Assembly (NCBI GenBank): GCA_041664925.1
Contig: JBAYJV010000004.1
Location: 26,998 to 90,997 of the forward strand
Reading direction: 5' to 3'
Source of the DNA: Minisyncoccota bacterium
Lineage (GTDB): Bacteria; Patescibacteriota; Minisyncoccia; JBAYJV01
Length of the DNA: 64,000 bases
In this document: one piece after another, positions 9,007 through 20,125 of the stretch
How positions within the stretch are numbered: position 1 is the stretch's first letter
How the letters are laid out: each line of letters starts with the position of its first letter
Notes under the pieces: generated by a model
What the model saw: only the letters and a program-made list of their open reading frames with translations
Told to the model about the DNA's origin: nothing
Databases searched by the model: none
Translations under genes and position numbers: made by a program

Positions 9007-9279
9007 ATGGCCCATCGTGGTGGTAAAAAAACAACTGGCATAAGCCGAAACACTAATCCGAAATACTTAGGAATTAAGTTATTCTCCGGTCAAAAAACCA
9101 AACCAGGTTCTATTTTAGTAAGACAGCGCGGAAGTAAAATCCTCCCAGGAAAGAACGTATTCAAGGGCAGAGATGATACACTTTATACTACTAAAGAAGG
9201 ATCTGTTGCTTTTCGCACCAAGAAATGCTTAGGATTCGACGGTCAGAAAAAAATAAAAAAGATTATCGACGTCATCTAG
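9007..9279 (+). CDS. rpmA: 50S ribosomal protein L27
   Basis: '[11 protein letters not shown]...LGIK.FSGQ...[11 protein letters not shown]...G.NV..GRDDTLY' is a typical L27. Confidence 0.85.
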   Translation: MAHRGGKKTTGISRNTNPKYLGIKLFSGQKTKPGSILVRQRGSKILPGKNVFKGRDDTLYTTKEGSVAFRTKKCLGFDGQKKIKKIIDVI

Positions 9280-9743
9280 TTTTTTCTTTTTTTATCTTCC
9301 TCTTGAGCTTTGACATTTATTCTCAGGGGGATTTTTTTGTTACCAAACAATAGGCTAATTTCATGATCCCCGACTGTTTTAATCGGGTCCTGAAAAATAA
9401 TTTTAGTCTTAGAATTAATGTCTATATTTATTTCTTTTATTGCTTTTTTGATATCAACATCATTAACAGCTGCAAATAGCTTTCCTTCTGGATTAGTTTT
9501 TTTAATAATTTCTATTTTTAAACTTTTTAATTTTAATGACAATTGATCGAAGTCCTTTGCCTGAATACGACCATTTTCTGTTTCTGTTTCCTTTAAAAGT
9601 TTTATATGTTTCAATGAATTTTGATTTACTGGTATTGCAATTTTGTTCGGGATTAAAAAATTTCTCGCGTAACCTATCTTGACTTCTTTTGTGTCGAACT
9701 TTTTACCTAATTTTTGATGATCTTTTAGTAAAATTATTTTCAT
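9276..9743 (-). CDS. rplI: 50S ribosomal protein L9
   Basis: '[32 protein letters not shown]' is an L9 N-domain. Length is 155 aa. Confidence 0.85.
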   Translation of the reverse strand: MKIILLKDHQKLGKKFDTKEVKIGYARNFLIPNKIAIPVNQNSLKHIKLLKETETENGRIQAKDFDQLSLKLKSLKIEIIKKTNPEGKLFAAVNDVDIKKAIKEINIDINSKTKIIFQDPIKTVGDHEISLLFGNKKIPLRINVKAQEEDKKRKN

Positions 9744-9773
9744 TTTAATAATATTAAAGAAATAAATTTAAAA

Positions 9774-10979
9774 TTAATACGATTTCAAAATATTAATCGC
9801 TTTTTCTAATTGGAGATCCTGTTTTTCTATTGTATCGCTCGAGCCGGTTTCCACTTCAATGTCCGGTTTTAAGCCTGCTTTACTAATCGAGATTCCTGTT
9901 GGAGTTAGCCAATTAGCAACGGTTATTTTAAGTGATGCACCCTTATCAAGATTAACCATCTCCTGGACCGATCCCTTGCCAAAACTATTTACTCCAATAA
10001 GTTTCGTTTTAAGATTATCTCTGAGAGCCCCAGCTAAGATTTCTGAGGCAGATGCAGATCCGCTGTCTATCAGAATAACCATCGGCCAATTTTTAAACAC
10101 GGAACGTCCATTTGCAAAATATTTTTTTTGTCCTAATTTTCCCTGATCTTCGATAACAACAACATCTCCAGTATCTAAAAACCAACCTGCAATATCTACA
10201 GCAGCATCTAAGTATCCGCCAGGATTACCTCTTAGATCTAGTAGTATTCTTTTTGCTGATGATTGCAGAACTTTTTGACTAATTTCTCCGAATTCTTGAG
10301 GAGAATTTTCAGTAAAATTAAAAAGTCTAATGTGTGCTATGTCATCATTTAAAATCGACACTGAAACTACAGGAACCTTAATGGTGTCCCTAGTAACATT
10401 AATTTCTTGCTCTTTGCTATTGTCGGCACGAAGGATGATTAGCTTCACCCTAGTCCCCTTTTCTCCTCGAATAAGACTAACTGCCTCCTCTAGTGTCATA
10501 TCTGTGGTTATTTTGTTATCTATTTGAATAATTTCATCACCGCTTTTCAATCCAGATCTTTGCGCAGGCGTTCCCTCTAGCGGAGCTATGATGGTAAGCT
10601 TATTGTTTTTATTTATACCTATTTCAGCTCCAATTCCTTCAAACGTTCCTTTTATATCCTCTAAGAATCTTTTACTTAAATCAGGGGTCATAAATTCACT
10701 ATACGGATCACCGAGAGAATCAACTAATCCACTCACAGATCCATAAATCATTTTCTGATCATCTAATTTATCTGCGTCTTTGTATTTTTGTCTTATTATA
10801 TCCCAAACTTGCCAAAAAATACTGAGGTCGACTTTTGTATGCAACGTTTCCTTTTCATTGATTTTCGAGCTAAAAAACAAAGGGAAAGATGATTTTCCTA
10901 AAAAAAAGCCACCTAAAAAAAGACATACGCACATTAAAACAATTTCGACAATCTTGAAAATCTTATTTTTGCTTTTCAT
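9774..10979 (-). CDS. ctpA: Carboxy-terminal processing protease (S41) with a PDZ domain
   Basis: 'FEGIGAEIG', PDZ 'GLKSGDEIIQID', 'LLDLRGNPGGYL' and an N-terminal TM. Confidence 0.85.
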   Translation of the reverse strand: MKSKNKIFKIVEIVLMCVCLFLGGFFLGKSSFPLFFSSKINEKETLHTKVDLSIFWQVWDIIRQKYKDADKLDDQKMIYGSVSGLVDSLGDPYSEFMTPDLSKRFLEDIKGTFEGIGAEIGINKNNKLTIIAPLEGTPAQRSGLKSGDEIIQIDNKITTDMTLEEAVSLIRGEKGTRVKLIILRADNSKEQEINVTRDTIKVPVVSVSILNDDIAHIRLFNFTENSPQEFGEISQKVLQSSAKRILLDLRGNPGGYLDAAVDIAGWFLDTGDVVVIEDQGKLGQKKYFANGRSVFKNWPMVILIDSGSASASEILAGALRDNLKTKLIGVNSFGKGSVQEMVNLDKGASLKITVANWLTPTGISISKAGLKPDIEVETGSSDTIEKQDLQLEKAINILKSY

Positions 10980-11008
10980 TTTAAAGGATATTGTTCAAAA
11001 AATTTATA

Positions 11009-12016
11009 TTATTCAACTAGCTCCAAACATTTTTCACGAATAGCCGTAAAATCACCTGTCCTAGGAACCAATATATAAATACCGTTAACATACTTTGCAT
11101 CAAGATAACCGTCGGGTCCATTGTCAAAAACATAATTAGTCATATCGTTAAAATCTATCTTTTCTCTCTGATAATAATCAATAAGCTTACTAATATCTGA
11201 TGTTTTAACATCTGTTCTTATATTATTTTCCAACAAATCAAGCATTTTAACAACATTTAATGGATTAGCCAAAAATCCTAGAGAAAATAGTTTTTCTTTA
11301 ACGGCCAAAAGTACCTGTTGTTGTCGACGAGCTCTATCAAAATCACTTGAAGAAAAGCGCGATCGTATATAAAACAACGTCTTTTCGCCATCTAAAATAT
11401 TTTTTCCCTTTGGAACAACAAAGGCCCGGCAATTCTTACCATTTTCATCGCACCACCATTGCTTGTCTTCTATAAAATCTTCTTTGAGCTCTATTGTAAT
11501 GCCTCCAATAGCATTTATGAATTTCTCAAACCCGTCAAAATTTATAACAATTGCGTTATCCACATACAAACCGGTAATGCGAGAAATCGTATCCTTAATA
11601 TAATTCATAGCTAAACCAACTCCATTCTTTTCATAGCCCCAAGCGTATACTGCATTAAGCTTGTCCTTTTTCGCAGAATTGGGGACTGGCACATATAAGT
11701 CTCTGGGTAGTGATAAAACAGCAATCTTTCCATTTTTTTTATTTAAATTAAGAACAATCAATGAATCTGTTAATAAACCACCAAATGGTTGTCCTTCGCC
11801 TCTTTGCCCTAATAATAAAAAGGTCAATTGATTATTGTCTTTGCTCGGCAAATCCTCAAGTTCTGGCAGAAAGTAAATTGGCGCTTCTTTACCTGAAGAA
11901 TCAGCGCTAATTTTGCTGAAAGTAAAACTAGTCCTAAGAAAAACAAACCCAATAAAAGCACATAATGCTAGGCAAAGACCTATGAAAGAATTTATAAATA
12001 TTTTTCTCGTTTTCAT
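11009..12016 (-). CDS. LytR-CpsA-Psr (LCP) family cell-envelope protein
   Basis: An N-terminal TM with 'LTDSLIVLNLN...AVLSLPRDLYVPVP' and 'NAVYAWGYE'. Confidence 0.8.
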   Translation of the reverse strand: MKTRKIFINSFIGLCLALCAFIGFVFLRTSFTFSKISADSSGKEAPIYFLPELEDLPSKDNNQLTFLLLGQRGEGQPFGGLLTDSLIVLNLNKKNGKIAVLSLPRDLYVPVPNSAKKDKLNAVYAWGYEKNGVGLAMNYIKDTISRITGLYVDNAIVINFDGFEKFINAIGGITIELKEDFIEDKQWWCDENGKNCRAFVVPKGKNILDGEKTLFYIRSRFSSSDFDRARRQQQVLLAVKEKLFSLGFLANPLNVVKMLDLLENNIRTDVKTSDISKLIDYYQREKIDFNDMTNYVFDNGPDGYLDAKYVNGIYILVPRTGDFTAIREKCLELVE

Positions 12017-12023
12017 TTGTTAA

Positions 12024-14678
12024 TTAATAAACTTTCTGAACTCTGGTAGACGGGTAATAATATTCAAGTATTTGATTGTAGTTTTTGTTTTGGAGAGCAA
12101 GTGTTTCTGCGCCAGCTAAACTTAATCCGACCCCAGAATTATCACTATCACAATCAACTAGATGTTTTGTGTTTATAGGATCATTAATGCCACCCCATAA
12201 ATAAGGAAATTGATTATAAAAACTCCCAAAAACAATTCTTGCGTCACGACTTATTCCACAATTGTCTTTGACATAAAGCGGTAGCGCTACATCATTGTTG
12301 TACAATAAGACCATGCCCCTTGTTTTATCTATCATCTCTAATTTTTCTACTTGTTCTTCCGCCTCATACCCCTTGTATAATATATTACCTTCTTTAAAAT
12401 TCAAATCAAATGGCATATCTTTATATCTTCCGCCCTCTTTCTCAGAATAATAAAGTGCATAACTCCTATGAATAATGTTAATTGCACTGATTAGATTTTC
12501 AGGTATTGTCCCAATATTTTCGATTTCAATACCACGCAAATAATCTTCGAGAAATAATTCATTGACTAACCAGTACTTACTCAAGTTGTTAATCGTATCT
12601 TGTCTGACCAATTCTAGGCTCCCTCTGTATTTTTTGCCAATACTGTCTTTTGGTTTTTTGTTATCTAAAATTTCAAAAATGACATTTCCATTTTTTGACA
12701 CAAACTTTATATTTTTTTTGACCTCTTTTGTTTTAATTTTATAAATCGTTTCCATTTTTTCTTGAGAACTAAGAATATTATCTTTATAAACAGTGTAGTC
12801 GCTATCTGCCTTGATCGATATATCCTGATTGGCACCGATTGCAAATAATCCGACTTTTATTTTCTTACTGGCAAACTCATCAAGCCAATGATTATTTTTT
12901 GCTATATCAAGAAAATTTTCATTTCTGAAATTAATAATTGTTCTTAATTTTTCAACATCATCCTTGTTTTTTACTTCTATCCCTAATGGATAGGCATAAA
13001 TATCCCTATCTGATAAGATGATTCTATCTTTATCATTGGTGTCTAAATATTTAGTTAAGTCAGCGGATATCTTATTCCTTCTCCCGCTCGCAAGAAAATA
13101 TAAATCATGATCATTAGACGATTCAAGAAGAAAACCATCAGGATATTTTAGTGGATCTGTTATTGTATAATAATTCATTTCTTCATCACTTACATATACT
13201 ATTTGTCTCCAATCAAGTTTATTCGATAGAAAAACAGATGGGTTGGGTATTGGTTTTATATAAGTTGATACAACTAAGTAAACCGTTTGCCCAGAACCCT
13301 TTATGATTGTACCGGTTGGAAATAATATTGGTTTATCTTCTACGAACATACTAATTTCTCGTTCAGGAATCTGAATAATATTTTTCCATTTAAATCCAAG
13401 TTTATTAAAAATTTGAGGTGAAGTAATATGAGAAATCGTATTGTTTTGATTCACCAAATAAACTCTTCCGTCAACATCTCCACCAATCAAAGATCCCGGC
13501 TTGTACGATAAATAAAAACCAAAATCACAATTACCAACATTGCGAATATCTGCATAAGATATGTTTTCTTCTTTAAATCCCCATTCTTTAAAAATTTTGC
13601 TTGAGAAAATTTCATAACAAAAACCATCTTTTAATAAATAGGGGTTATCTTTTTCTCTTAGTTTAAATAGTGTCCCTTTTGATATAATTGGTTTATTCGC
13701 TATTGGAAAATAATTTAATTGATTATTTTGAATAGCAATAATTCTGTGTCCAACTTTTGCTTCTTCTTTTCTTTCGCCACTTGTTATTGACCAAATCCCG
13801 GAATCTTCTTCTGATTTATAAAGATATTTATTAAATTTCTCAGCAAACAGCGATGATTGCGATTTAATACTTAAAATATCAATCTTCTTTCCTAACTCAC
13901 CATCTCCCAATAAATCTTTATAATAAGAAATTGTTGATTTTTCCACAATTTCCTTGAATTTTCCCTTATTTAAGTCGCATTTTTTTTCACCCAGTTCATC
14001 GTTTTTTAAGTATTGCCAAACATAACCAGTTTCTTTCGTACCATTTATGTCAAAATTATTTGTTGCCGCCAGCCAACCGATTAATTTAGACAGACTATTC
14101 TCCATCTCAGGAGAAAATCCTCCTTCTTTTATGTTCCCTAAAAGTAAAATGCCGATACTTCCGATATTCCAATTATTACAGTCTTGATCAATGTCAGAAT
14201 GAAAACCAACTACATCATTGCCACCATAACGTCCTTCGAAAATCCTTCCATCCCATCCTATTATGAAATTATATCCTATATCATCAAGTTTTTTATTGAT
14301 AGTATGATAGCGATAAATGCCCTGAATGATAGGTATTGGATCCTGGTTAATGGAATTGCAATTTTGATTTCTAGTTCCATCAGATAGATATAATTGACAA
14401 TCATTGTCATAAATAATAATCCTAGACAGAGGGTAATAACTAGGAGAATTTTGGCTCTTTGAAGAAAATTCTTGATAACCTTTTGGAATTAACAGATTTT
14501 TTAATTGAGGTGTATTTTCCCAAGAAGCGCGATCGTAAATAACTGGTATATCTGGGTCGTCATAAGTCAAACCAATGGCAAATACTTGATGAAAAATGTA
14601 TAATTGCAAAAAAAACGTTAATAAGGAAAAACAAACAACAGAAAGAAATTTTTTTTCTTTTTTTATTATAGAATCCAT
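12024..14678 (-). CDS. Large cell-wall hydrolase-like protein with an amidase_2/PGRP-like domain and a C-terminal SpoIID/LytB-like domain
   Basis: 'GYNFIIGWDGRIFEGRYGG...VGFHS...NIGSIGILLLGN' (amidase_2-like). The C-terminal 'LVNELFLEDYLRGIEIEN...RSYALYY' is SpoIID-like. An N-terminal TM is present. Confidence 0.5.
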   Translation of the reverse strand: MDSIIKKEKKFLSVVCFSLLTFFLQLYIFHQVFAIGLTYDDPDIPVIYDRASWENTPQLKNLLIPKGYQEFSSKSQNSPSYYPLSRIIIYDNDCQLYLSDGTRNQNCNSINQDPIPIIQGIYRYHTINKKLDDIGYNFIIGWDGRIFEGRYGGNDVVGFHSDIDQDCNNWNIGSIGILLLGNIKEGGFSPEMENSLSKLIGWLAATNNFDINGTKETGYVWQYLKNDELGEKKCDLNKGKFKEIVEKSTISYYKDLLGDGELGKKIDILSIKSQSSLFAEKFNKYLYKSEEDSGIWSITSGERKEEAKVGHRIIAIQNNQLNYFPIANKPIISKGTLFKLREKDNPYLLKDGFCYEIFSSKIFKEWGFKEENISYADIRNVGNCDFGFYLSYKPGSLIGGDVDGRVYLVNQNNTISHITSPQIFNKLGFKWKNIIQIPEREISMFVEDKPILFPTGTIIKGSGQTVYLVVSTYIKPIPNPSVFLSNKLDWRQIVYVSDEEMNYYTITDPLKYPDGFLLESSNDHDLYFLASGRRNKISADLTKYLDTNDKDRIILSDRDIYAYPLGIEVKNKDDVEKLRTIINFRNENFLDIAKNNHWLDEFASKKIKVGLFAIGANQDISIKADSDYTVYKDNILSSQEKMETIYKIKTKEVKKNIKFVSKNGNVIFEILDNKKPKDSIGKKYRGSLELVRQDTINNLSKYWLVNELFLEDYLRGIEIENIGTIPENLISAINIIHRSYALYYSEKEGGRYKDMPFDLNFKEGNILYKGYEAEEQVEKLEMIDKTRGMVLLYNNDVALPLYVKDNCGISRDARIVFGSFYNQFPYLWGGINDPINTKHLVDCDSDNSGVGLSLAGAETLALQNKNYNQILEYYYPSTRVQKVY

Positions 14679-14759
14679 TTTATTGTCTCAATTTTATCAT
14701 AAAAATTGACTAAGACAAACAAAAAAGGGAATGTTTTTAAGCAAAATTCCTCTTTTGAA

Positions 14760-16115
14760 TCAAAAATACTTATTAATTTCCCAGATATCACCGGCTCCCA
14801 TAATTATAAGAATTTCATTGTCTTTTGCGCTTTCCAAAACCAGTTGAGCAATTTCTGATAATTTTCCTTCCAAATACTTAGCCACATTTAATCCCAATCC
14901 TTTCTTATTCCATCTTTCATTTATAGCAACAACCAGTTCTTTACTACCAATTTCAATATTGTTTTTCTCTCGTCCTTCGACTTCATAGATATCAATTATC
15001 ATTAAATTGTCAGTTCCGTCAAAAGCACTTATAAAACTCTTGAATAAATAAAACATTCTTTGTCTTTGATGCGGTTGGAAAAGTACGTGAATTTTCTGTT
15101 TGTGATATTTTTCCTTTACTGCCTGAATGGTCGCTATAATTTCAGTAGGATGGTGGGCATAATCATTTATGATGGTAATTTTTTTGTCCTTAATAGATTT
15201 TTCTGATACTTCAAACCTTCTCCATGATCCTTGATAGCTGGCAATTGCTTCAAAGATCAGTTCTTTCTTAATGCCCAGAACGGTAGCAGCTGTAATAACA
15301 GCCAAGGCATTAGAGCGATTGTGTCTTCCGGGAATATTCAAAAACTTTACTATTTCCTTATTATCTTTTTCGTCCAGATGATAAAAAAACCTCTTTACTT
15401 CATCGTTTGCCGATAAACTCTCAACCATTTTTAAGACTCCTTTGCTATCTTTATTAAGAATTAGCATTCCTCCCTTTTTCACGTGAGAAGAAAAGACCTT
15501 GAATGCATTAACTACATTTTTAAATTTTTTATAATAATCTAAGTGCTCTTTCTCGATATTCGTTATTATCGCTATATCGGAAGCGTAATTTAAAAACGAC
15601 CCACTCCATTCATCTGCTTCTAAAATAAGAATTGGTTTTTTAAAATTAGCGCTTATTTTCCTTCTTCCATTACGAAAATTACTATTACCAAATTCTTTCA
15701 ATTTTGTTCCGATAATTACTGTCGGATCTAACCCTGCGCGAATCAGTACCAGAGATAGCATGGCCGTAGTAGTGCTTTTTCCGTGAGCACCCGCAACGCA
15801 AATAGAATAATATTTATTCGTCAATTCTCCAAGTACAGTAGAGTACCTTTTAACTACAATTCCAAGTTCTCTAGCTCTTTTTAGTTCCGGATTTTTATCA
15901 AGAATAGCCGCGCTATAAACTACTAAATCAATGTCTTTTGTAATGTTTTGACCATTGTGTTTTCCAATTTTAACTGCAAATCCCTCCTCAATTAAATCGT
16001 TGATTATTTCTGATCTTGATAAATCAGAACCACTAATAATGTGTTTTTGTGTCTTATAATAACGAGCTAGAGCACTCATTCCTATGCCCCCTATTCCTAT
16101 AAAGTAAATTTTCAT
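14760..16115 (-). CDS. murC: UDP-N-acetylmuramate--L-alanine ligase
   Basis: 'MKIYFIGIGGIGMSALARYY...ISGSD', a Mur-ligase 'GAHGKSTTTAM' P-loop, 451 aa. Confidence 0.75.
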   Translation of the reverse strand: MKIYFIGIGGIGMSALARYYKTQKHIISGSDLSRSEIINDLIEEGFAVKIGKHNGQNITKDIDLVVYSAAILDKNPELKRARELGIVVKRYSTVLGELTNKYYSICVAGAHGKSTTTAMLSLVLIRAGLDPTVIIGTKLKEFGNSNFRNGRRKISANFKKPILILEADEWSGSFLNYASDIAIITNIEKEHLDYYKKFKNVVNAFKVFSSHVKKGGMLILNKDSKGVLKMVESLSANDEVKRFFYHLDEKDNKEIVKFLNIPGRHNRSNALAVITAATVLGIKKELIFEAIASYQGSWRRFEVSEKSIKDKKITIINDYAHHPTEIIATIQAVKEKYHKQKIHVLFQPHQRQRMFYLFKSFISAFDGTDNLMIIDIYEVEGREKNNIEIGSKELVVAINERWNKKGLGLNVAKYLEGKLSEIAQLVLESAKDNEILIIMGAGDIWEINKYF

Positions 16116-16891
16116 ATTTGTGCTTTATTTGAGTTGAAATATTTCTCTTTTAATATGATACATGTAAAAGAAATTGTTGCACTAAAAACTCTTCGAATTC
16201 TCCATGGTTGTTTTAATAACCTCCACATCCACTCCAATCCGATTTTCCTTATAAATAAAGGTGCTCGCTTAACTTTTCCAGAAATATAATCAAATGCACC
16301 ACCAACTCCTATTGCTAATTTTACGCTTGGCATTTTGTGTAAATTTTCGTTAATCCATAATTCCTGTTTTGGGCTCCCAAGAGCAACAAGAAGAATATTT
16401 GGTTTAGTTTTTATTATTTTGTCTATTATATCTTTGTCTTTAAAGTTATATCCCTGCTCTGTTCCAGTAATCCTTATATGTGGAAAAAAATTTTGTAAAT
16501 TTATAGAAACTCTTTTTGCCACCCCATTAGTACCTCCAAATAAAAAAAACCTGCCATTTGTCTGTAAGTTTTTTGCCAATTCATAGATTAAATCAACTCC
16601 TGCTATTCTTTTTGAGATTAAGTGTTTATGAAAATTTTCTTTTTTATGTGCAGACAAAAAACGCATAGCTAAGACTATGCCAATACCGTCAGGAACTATC
16701 CATTTGGATTTTATTAGTACTTTTTTAAATAACTCATTTCGTCTTGCTTCAACTATCATTTCCGGATTAAGGGTTACCAATTGAACGGCTTTTTGTTTAA
16801 AAAACTCTTTCTTTTTCGCATTATTAATAATCTCCTGCAAATCAACCATTATAAATCTTAATCCCAAGAAGCTCGTGTTCATTCTTGACAT
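16112..16891 (-). CDS. WecB/TagA/CpsF-family (GT26) glycosyltransferase
   Basis: 'VPDGIGIVLAMRFL', 'FLFGG...ITG...G' and 'LVALGSPKQELWI' match a TagA/WecG-like protein. Confidence 0.75.
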   Translation of the reverse strand: MSRMNTSFLGLRFIMVDLQEIINNAKKKEFFKQKAVQLVTLNPEMIVEARRNELFKKVLIKSKWIVPDGIGIVLAMRFLSAHKKENFHKHLISKRIAGVDLIYELAKNLQTNGRFFLFGGTNGVAKRVSINLQNFFPHIRITGTEQGYNFKDKDIIDKIIKTKPNILLVALGSPKQELWINENLHKMPSVKLAIGVGGAFDYISGKVKRAPLFIRKIGLEWMWRLLKQPWRIRRVFSATISFTCIILKEKYFNSNKAQI

Positions 16892-17030
16892 ATTATTGAT
16901 ATTATTATTTGAATCTCAAACAATATCCTTTTGTTAAATACATGTCAATCCATTTAGTCTAAAGTGCTCGTTTTTATTGACTATATCGTAGAGAGAAAAT
17001 TTACTAATTATCGCTGTTGCTTCTCTTTTG

Positions 17031-17102
17031 TACCCCCAAGGGGAGTCGGACCCCTGTTATCAGGTTGAGAACCTGGTGTCCTAACCACTAGACGATGGGG
17101 GC
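17031..17102 (-). tRNA. tRNA-Glu (anticodon CTC)
   Basis: 72 nt with a Glu-type D-arm (TCGTCTAGTGGTTAGGACA), anticodon loop TTCTCAA and acceptor GCCCCCA/TGGGGGT. The T-loop is atypical (TCCGACT). Confidence 0.75.
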
Positions 17103-17136
17103 TTTCAGGTGTAGGTCAAAGATTATGGTTAGTATA

Positions 17137-18393
17137 TCACATCGATCTGGAAAGTTCCACTACTTTACTCATATCCATTCTATGAGATCCTTTTACTAGC
17201 ACAATGTCATCTTTGGACGCGATTTTTAATAAACGCTCGAAGGCATTCGTGCTATTTTTTTCTAAATAGATTTCTTGTTTAAGATTTTTTTTGGTTTTAT
17301 TTCTATTTTTTTTCGAAGCAAGATGCATAGAATCACCAATAAGTATTAGTTTATCGCCAATACCAATGGCTTTCTTTAGTATTTTTGAGTGGATATCGTT
17401 GGTTTCTTTGCCAAGCTCTGACATGTCACCTAAAACAAGAATTTTTTTAGATTTTCTGTTGTTGACGTTAATAACCTCGACCGCATTAAGTGCATTCACA
17501 TAAGAGAGCGGTGATGCATTGTATGTATCATCAATAATTGTAAATTTTTTTCGACTAGATATTACTGACATCCTTCCAGGAAGAGAATGAAATTTTTCCT
17601 GTAATATTCTAATGCTTTTATCTAGAGAATTACCAATTTTTAATCCAAAACAAACAGCTGCACATACAGCGTAGATATAACCATCTCCTAATAGATTATT
17701 AAAAGATGCTCGCTTCGTAAATTTTTCGTACTTAAACTCTACGTTTGTAATATAACTGCCTGTTTCTTGATTATAAAAAAAGTCGTCTATTTTAAATCGG
17801 ACCTGAGCATTATCATTTTTGCCATAAGTTGAAATTTCAACACCTTTTTTAATAAAACTCTTCATTTCTAAAACATCCTTATCGTCATAATTTAGAATCA
17901 CACCACCATCCTTGACGCCCCTTACTAGCCAACTTTTTTCATTAATCAAACTTTCTTTACTAGGAAAAAATTGAAGATGGACAGGATTTTCACCTATTGC
18001 AGTTACTATACCGATATTGATTGGTAAAAACCTAACGAAATATTCTATCTCTCCCGGCTTGTCTGCTGCAAGCTCTAATACCAAATATTTAGGAAAGCTC
18101 TTTTCCCCAAATGTAATTGTTTTTAAAATTAATATAAAATTTCTTGCCCATCCAAGAATATTTCTCTTCGCATCGCTGAGACCAAGAATGCTTAGAGGAA
18201 CACCTATGTCTGTATTGAAGTTTTCTCTTGTTTTTCCGACACTAAAAAATTTCTCCTTTAAAATTAAAAATACCGCTTCCTTTGTCGATGTTTTTCCTGT
18301 ATTACCAGTAATGGCTATTATGAAAGGTTTGTAGCGTAAAATCGCCAATTTACAAGATACTCTTAATATGTGTTTTAATGTTTTTCGTAGCAT
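17137..18393 (-). CDS. Mur ligase family protein (MurF-like UDP-MurNAc-peptide ligase)
   Basis: A Mur-ligase P-loop 'IAITGNTGKTSTKE' and a position between ftsI and murC in a dcw-like cluster. Confidence 0.55.
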   Translation of the reverse strand: MLRKTLKHILRVSCKLAILRYKPFIIAITGNTGKTSTKEAVFLILKEKFFSVGKTRENFNTDIGVPLSILGLSDAKRNILGWARNFILILKTITFGEKSFPKYLVLELAADKPGEIEYFVRFLPINIGIVTAIGENPVHLQFFPSKESLINEKSWLVRGVKDGGVILNYDDKDVLEMKSFIKKGVEISTYGKNDNAQVRFKIDDFFYNQETGSYITNVEFKYEKFTKRASFNNLLGDGYIYAVCAAVCFGLKIGNSLDKSIRILQEKFHSLPGRMSVISSRKKFTIIDDTYNASPLSYVNALNAVEVINVNNRKSKKILVLGDMSELGKETNDIHSKILKKAIGIGDKLILIGDSMHLASKKNRNKTKKNLKQEIYLEKNSTNAFERLLKIASKDDIVLVKGSHRMDMSKVVELSRSM

Positions 18394-18404
18394 GAAAATA
18401 AATT

Positions 18405-20111
18405 TTATCTTTCAGGCGATATTTCTAAGTAACCTAAGAGATATTCGGCAATATTTCTAAAAAGCGGTGTTACTGATCCTTCCGCAAACCTTACGCCTTG
18501 AGGACGATCAACTTTAGCCAAAATAATAAATCTTGGATTGTAGGCTGGCGCAAATCCAACAATTGTATGGATTGTCTCGTCACTGCTGTATCCTCCGTTC
18601 TCCTTAGAGGGAATTTGGGCTGTTCCAGTTTTAAGGGCAATCCAATATCCAGGAATTTTTGCCTTTCTTCCGGTACCATTTTCGGTAACACTTACCAACA
18701 TAGAGGTCAGATAATTTGATGTCTCTGGAAAAATGATTCTTTTTGAAGAACTAGCATAATCAATTACGTCTTCTTGAATATTATCATTTTTAAAGATTCT
18801 TTCAACAATATACGGTTTTACAATAATACCATTGTTTGCTATTGCCCCAATGGCTCTTAATAATTGCAATGGCGTAACCGAAATCCCCTGACCAAAAGCA
18901 GCTGTTGCGAAATTTATATCACGACCGCTATCTAGGTTATTCATATTACCACTGGCTTCTCCAGCCAAATCAATGCCTGTTTTTTCTCCAATGCCAAAAT
19001 TCTTATAATATTGTTTTATTAAAGATTGATCTAATAATTTTTCTACATAAATTACTCCTGTGTTTAGAGATTTTTCCAAGACTTGTGTCATGGTCTGAAC
19101 CCCGTATTGTTTTTTATCCGCATTATATACAGTATAACCGCCTATTTTCACTGATCCTGTATCGTTGTACGTGGTTAATGGATTAATTTTCCATTGATCC
19201 AATGCCATCGCCATAATTAAGGGCTTGAAGACCGACCCAGGCTCATATACGGTTGAAATTGCACTGTTGACCAAAACATCTAAATTATTAACTTTGGCAT
19301 ATTCATTGAGATCAAAATTCGGATAGTTTGCCATTGCCATAATTTTGCCTGTTTTTGGTTCCATAATAATAACAGTTCCTTCCGAGGCATTATATGTCTT
19401 AACAGTTTTTTCAAGTTCCTCTTCAACAAAGAGTTGAATATTAGAATCAATTGAAAGCACCAAATTCTCGCCGGTTAGATTGACGTTTGGATCATTACCT
19501 ATGTTTTCCGCCATCTTCTCTTGAGACAAAGACTTCTCGTAATATTCCTCAATTCCATATTGGCCAATTCTATTATCTCCGCTGTATCCAAGAAAACCCA
19601 CAACATGAGAGGCAAGTTTTCCTCCGGGATAATACCTAATTTCGTCATTCTTTGTTTTGATTCCGTTTATGTTTAGCTTTGCTATGGCGCTGATTTCCGT
19701 TTCTGATAATTTATTTTTTATTAATTCAAACGGATCTTTGGGATCAGAAATTTTCTTTAAAATTTCATCTTCGCTTATATTTAAAATTTTTGATAATTCT
19801 GTGGCAATATTTTTTCTTTGATCTGTCTTAATTCTTGATGGTTCAGCGTACACCATTGGCCATTGCTTATTGATTGCTGCCGAAAACAATTCTCCTTTAT
19901 TGTCAAAATAAATTTCTCCTCTTTTTGTTCTTTGTATTATTGATAAATTCTTCTGATTTTCTGCCTGGTTTTGGTAAATATCATGTTTTATTACAGTCAA
20001 AACAAAAAGGCGTCCCAGAATAAGGATGCCAAATACATAAATTATAACAACCAAAACATTGCTACGCCAAGCAAATTGCTTGTTAATTAAGCCACTAAGA
20101 GGTGTCATCAT
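18405..20111 (-). CDS. ftsI: Penicillin-binding protein 2 / FtsI-type transpeptidase
   Basis: An N-terminal TM with 'STVYEPGSVFKP' (SxxK), 'SLN' and 'KTGTAQ' motifs. Confidence 0.85.
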   Translation of the reverse strand: MMTPLSGLINKQFAWRSNVLVVIIYVFGILILGRLFVLTVIKHDIYQNQAENQKNLSIIQRTKRGEIYFDNKGELFSAAINKQWPMVYAEPSRIKTDQRKNIATELSKILNISEDEILKKISDPKDPFELIKNKLSETEISAIAKLNINGIKTKNDEIRYYPGGKLASHVVGFLGYSGDNRIGQYGIEEYYEKSLSQEKMAENIGNDPNVNLTGENLVLSIDSNIQLFVEEELEKTVKTYNASEGTVIIMEPKTGKIMAMANYPNFDLNEYAKVNNLDVLVNSAISTVYEPGSVFKPLIMAMALDQWKINPLTTYNDTGSVKIGGYTVYNADKKQYGVQTMTQVLEKSLNTGVIYVEKLLDQSLIKQYYKNFGIGEKTGIDLAGEASGNMNNLDSGRDINFATAAFGQGISVTPLQLLRAIGAIANNGIIVKPYIVERIFKNDNIQEDVIDYASSSKRIIFPETSNYLTSMLVSVTENGTGRKAKIPGYWIALKTGTAQIPSKENGGYSSDETIHTIVGFAPAYNPRFIILAKVDRPQGVRFAEGSVTPLFRNIAEYLLGYLEISPER

Positions 20112-20125
20112 AACAAAGAATCCGA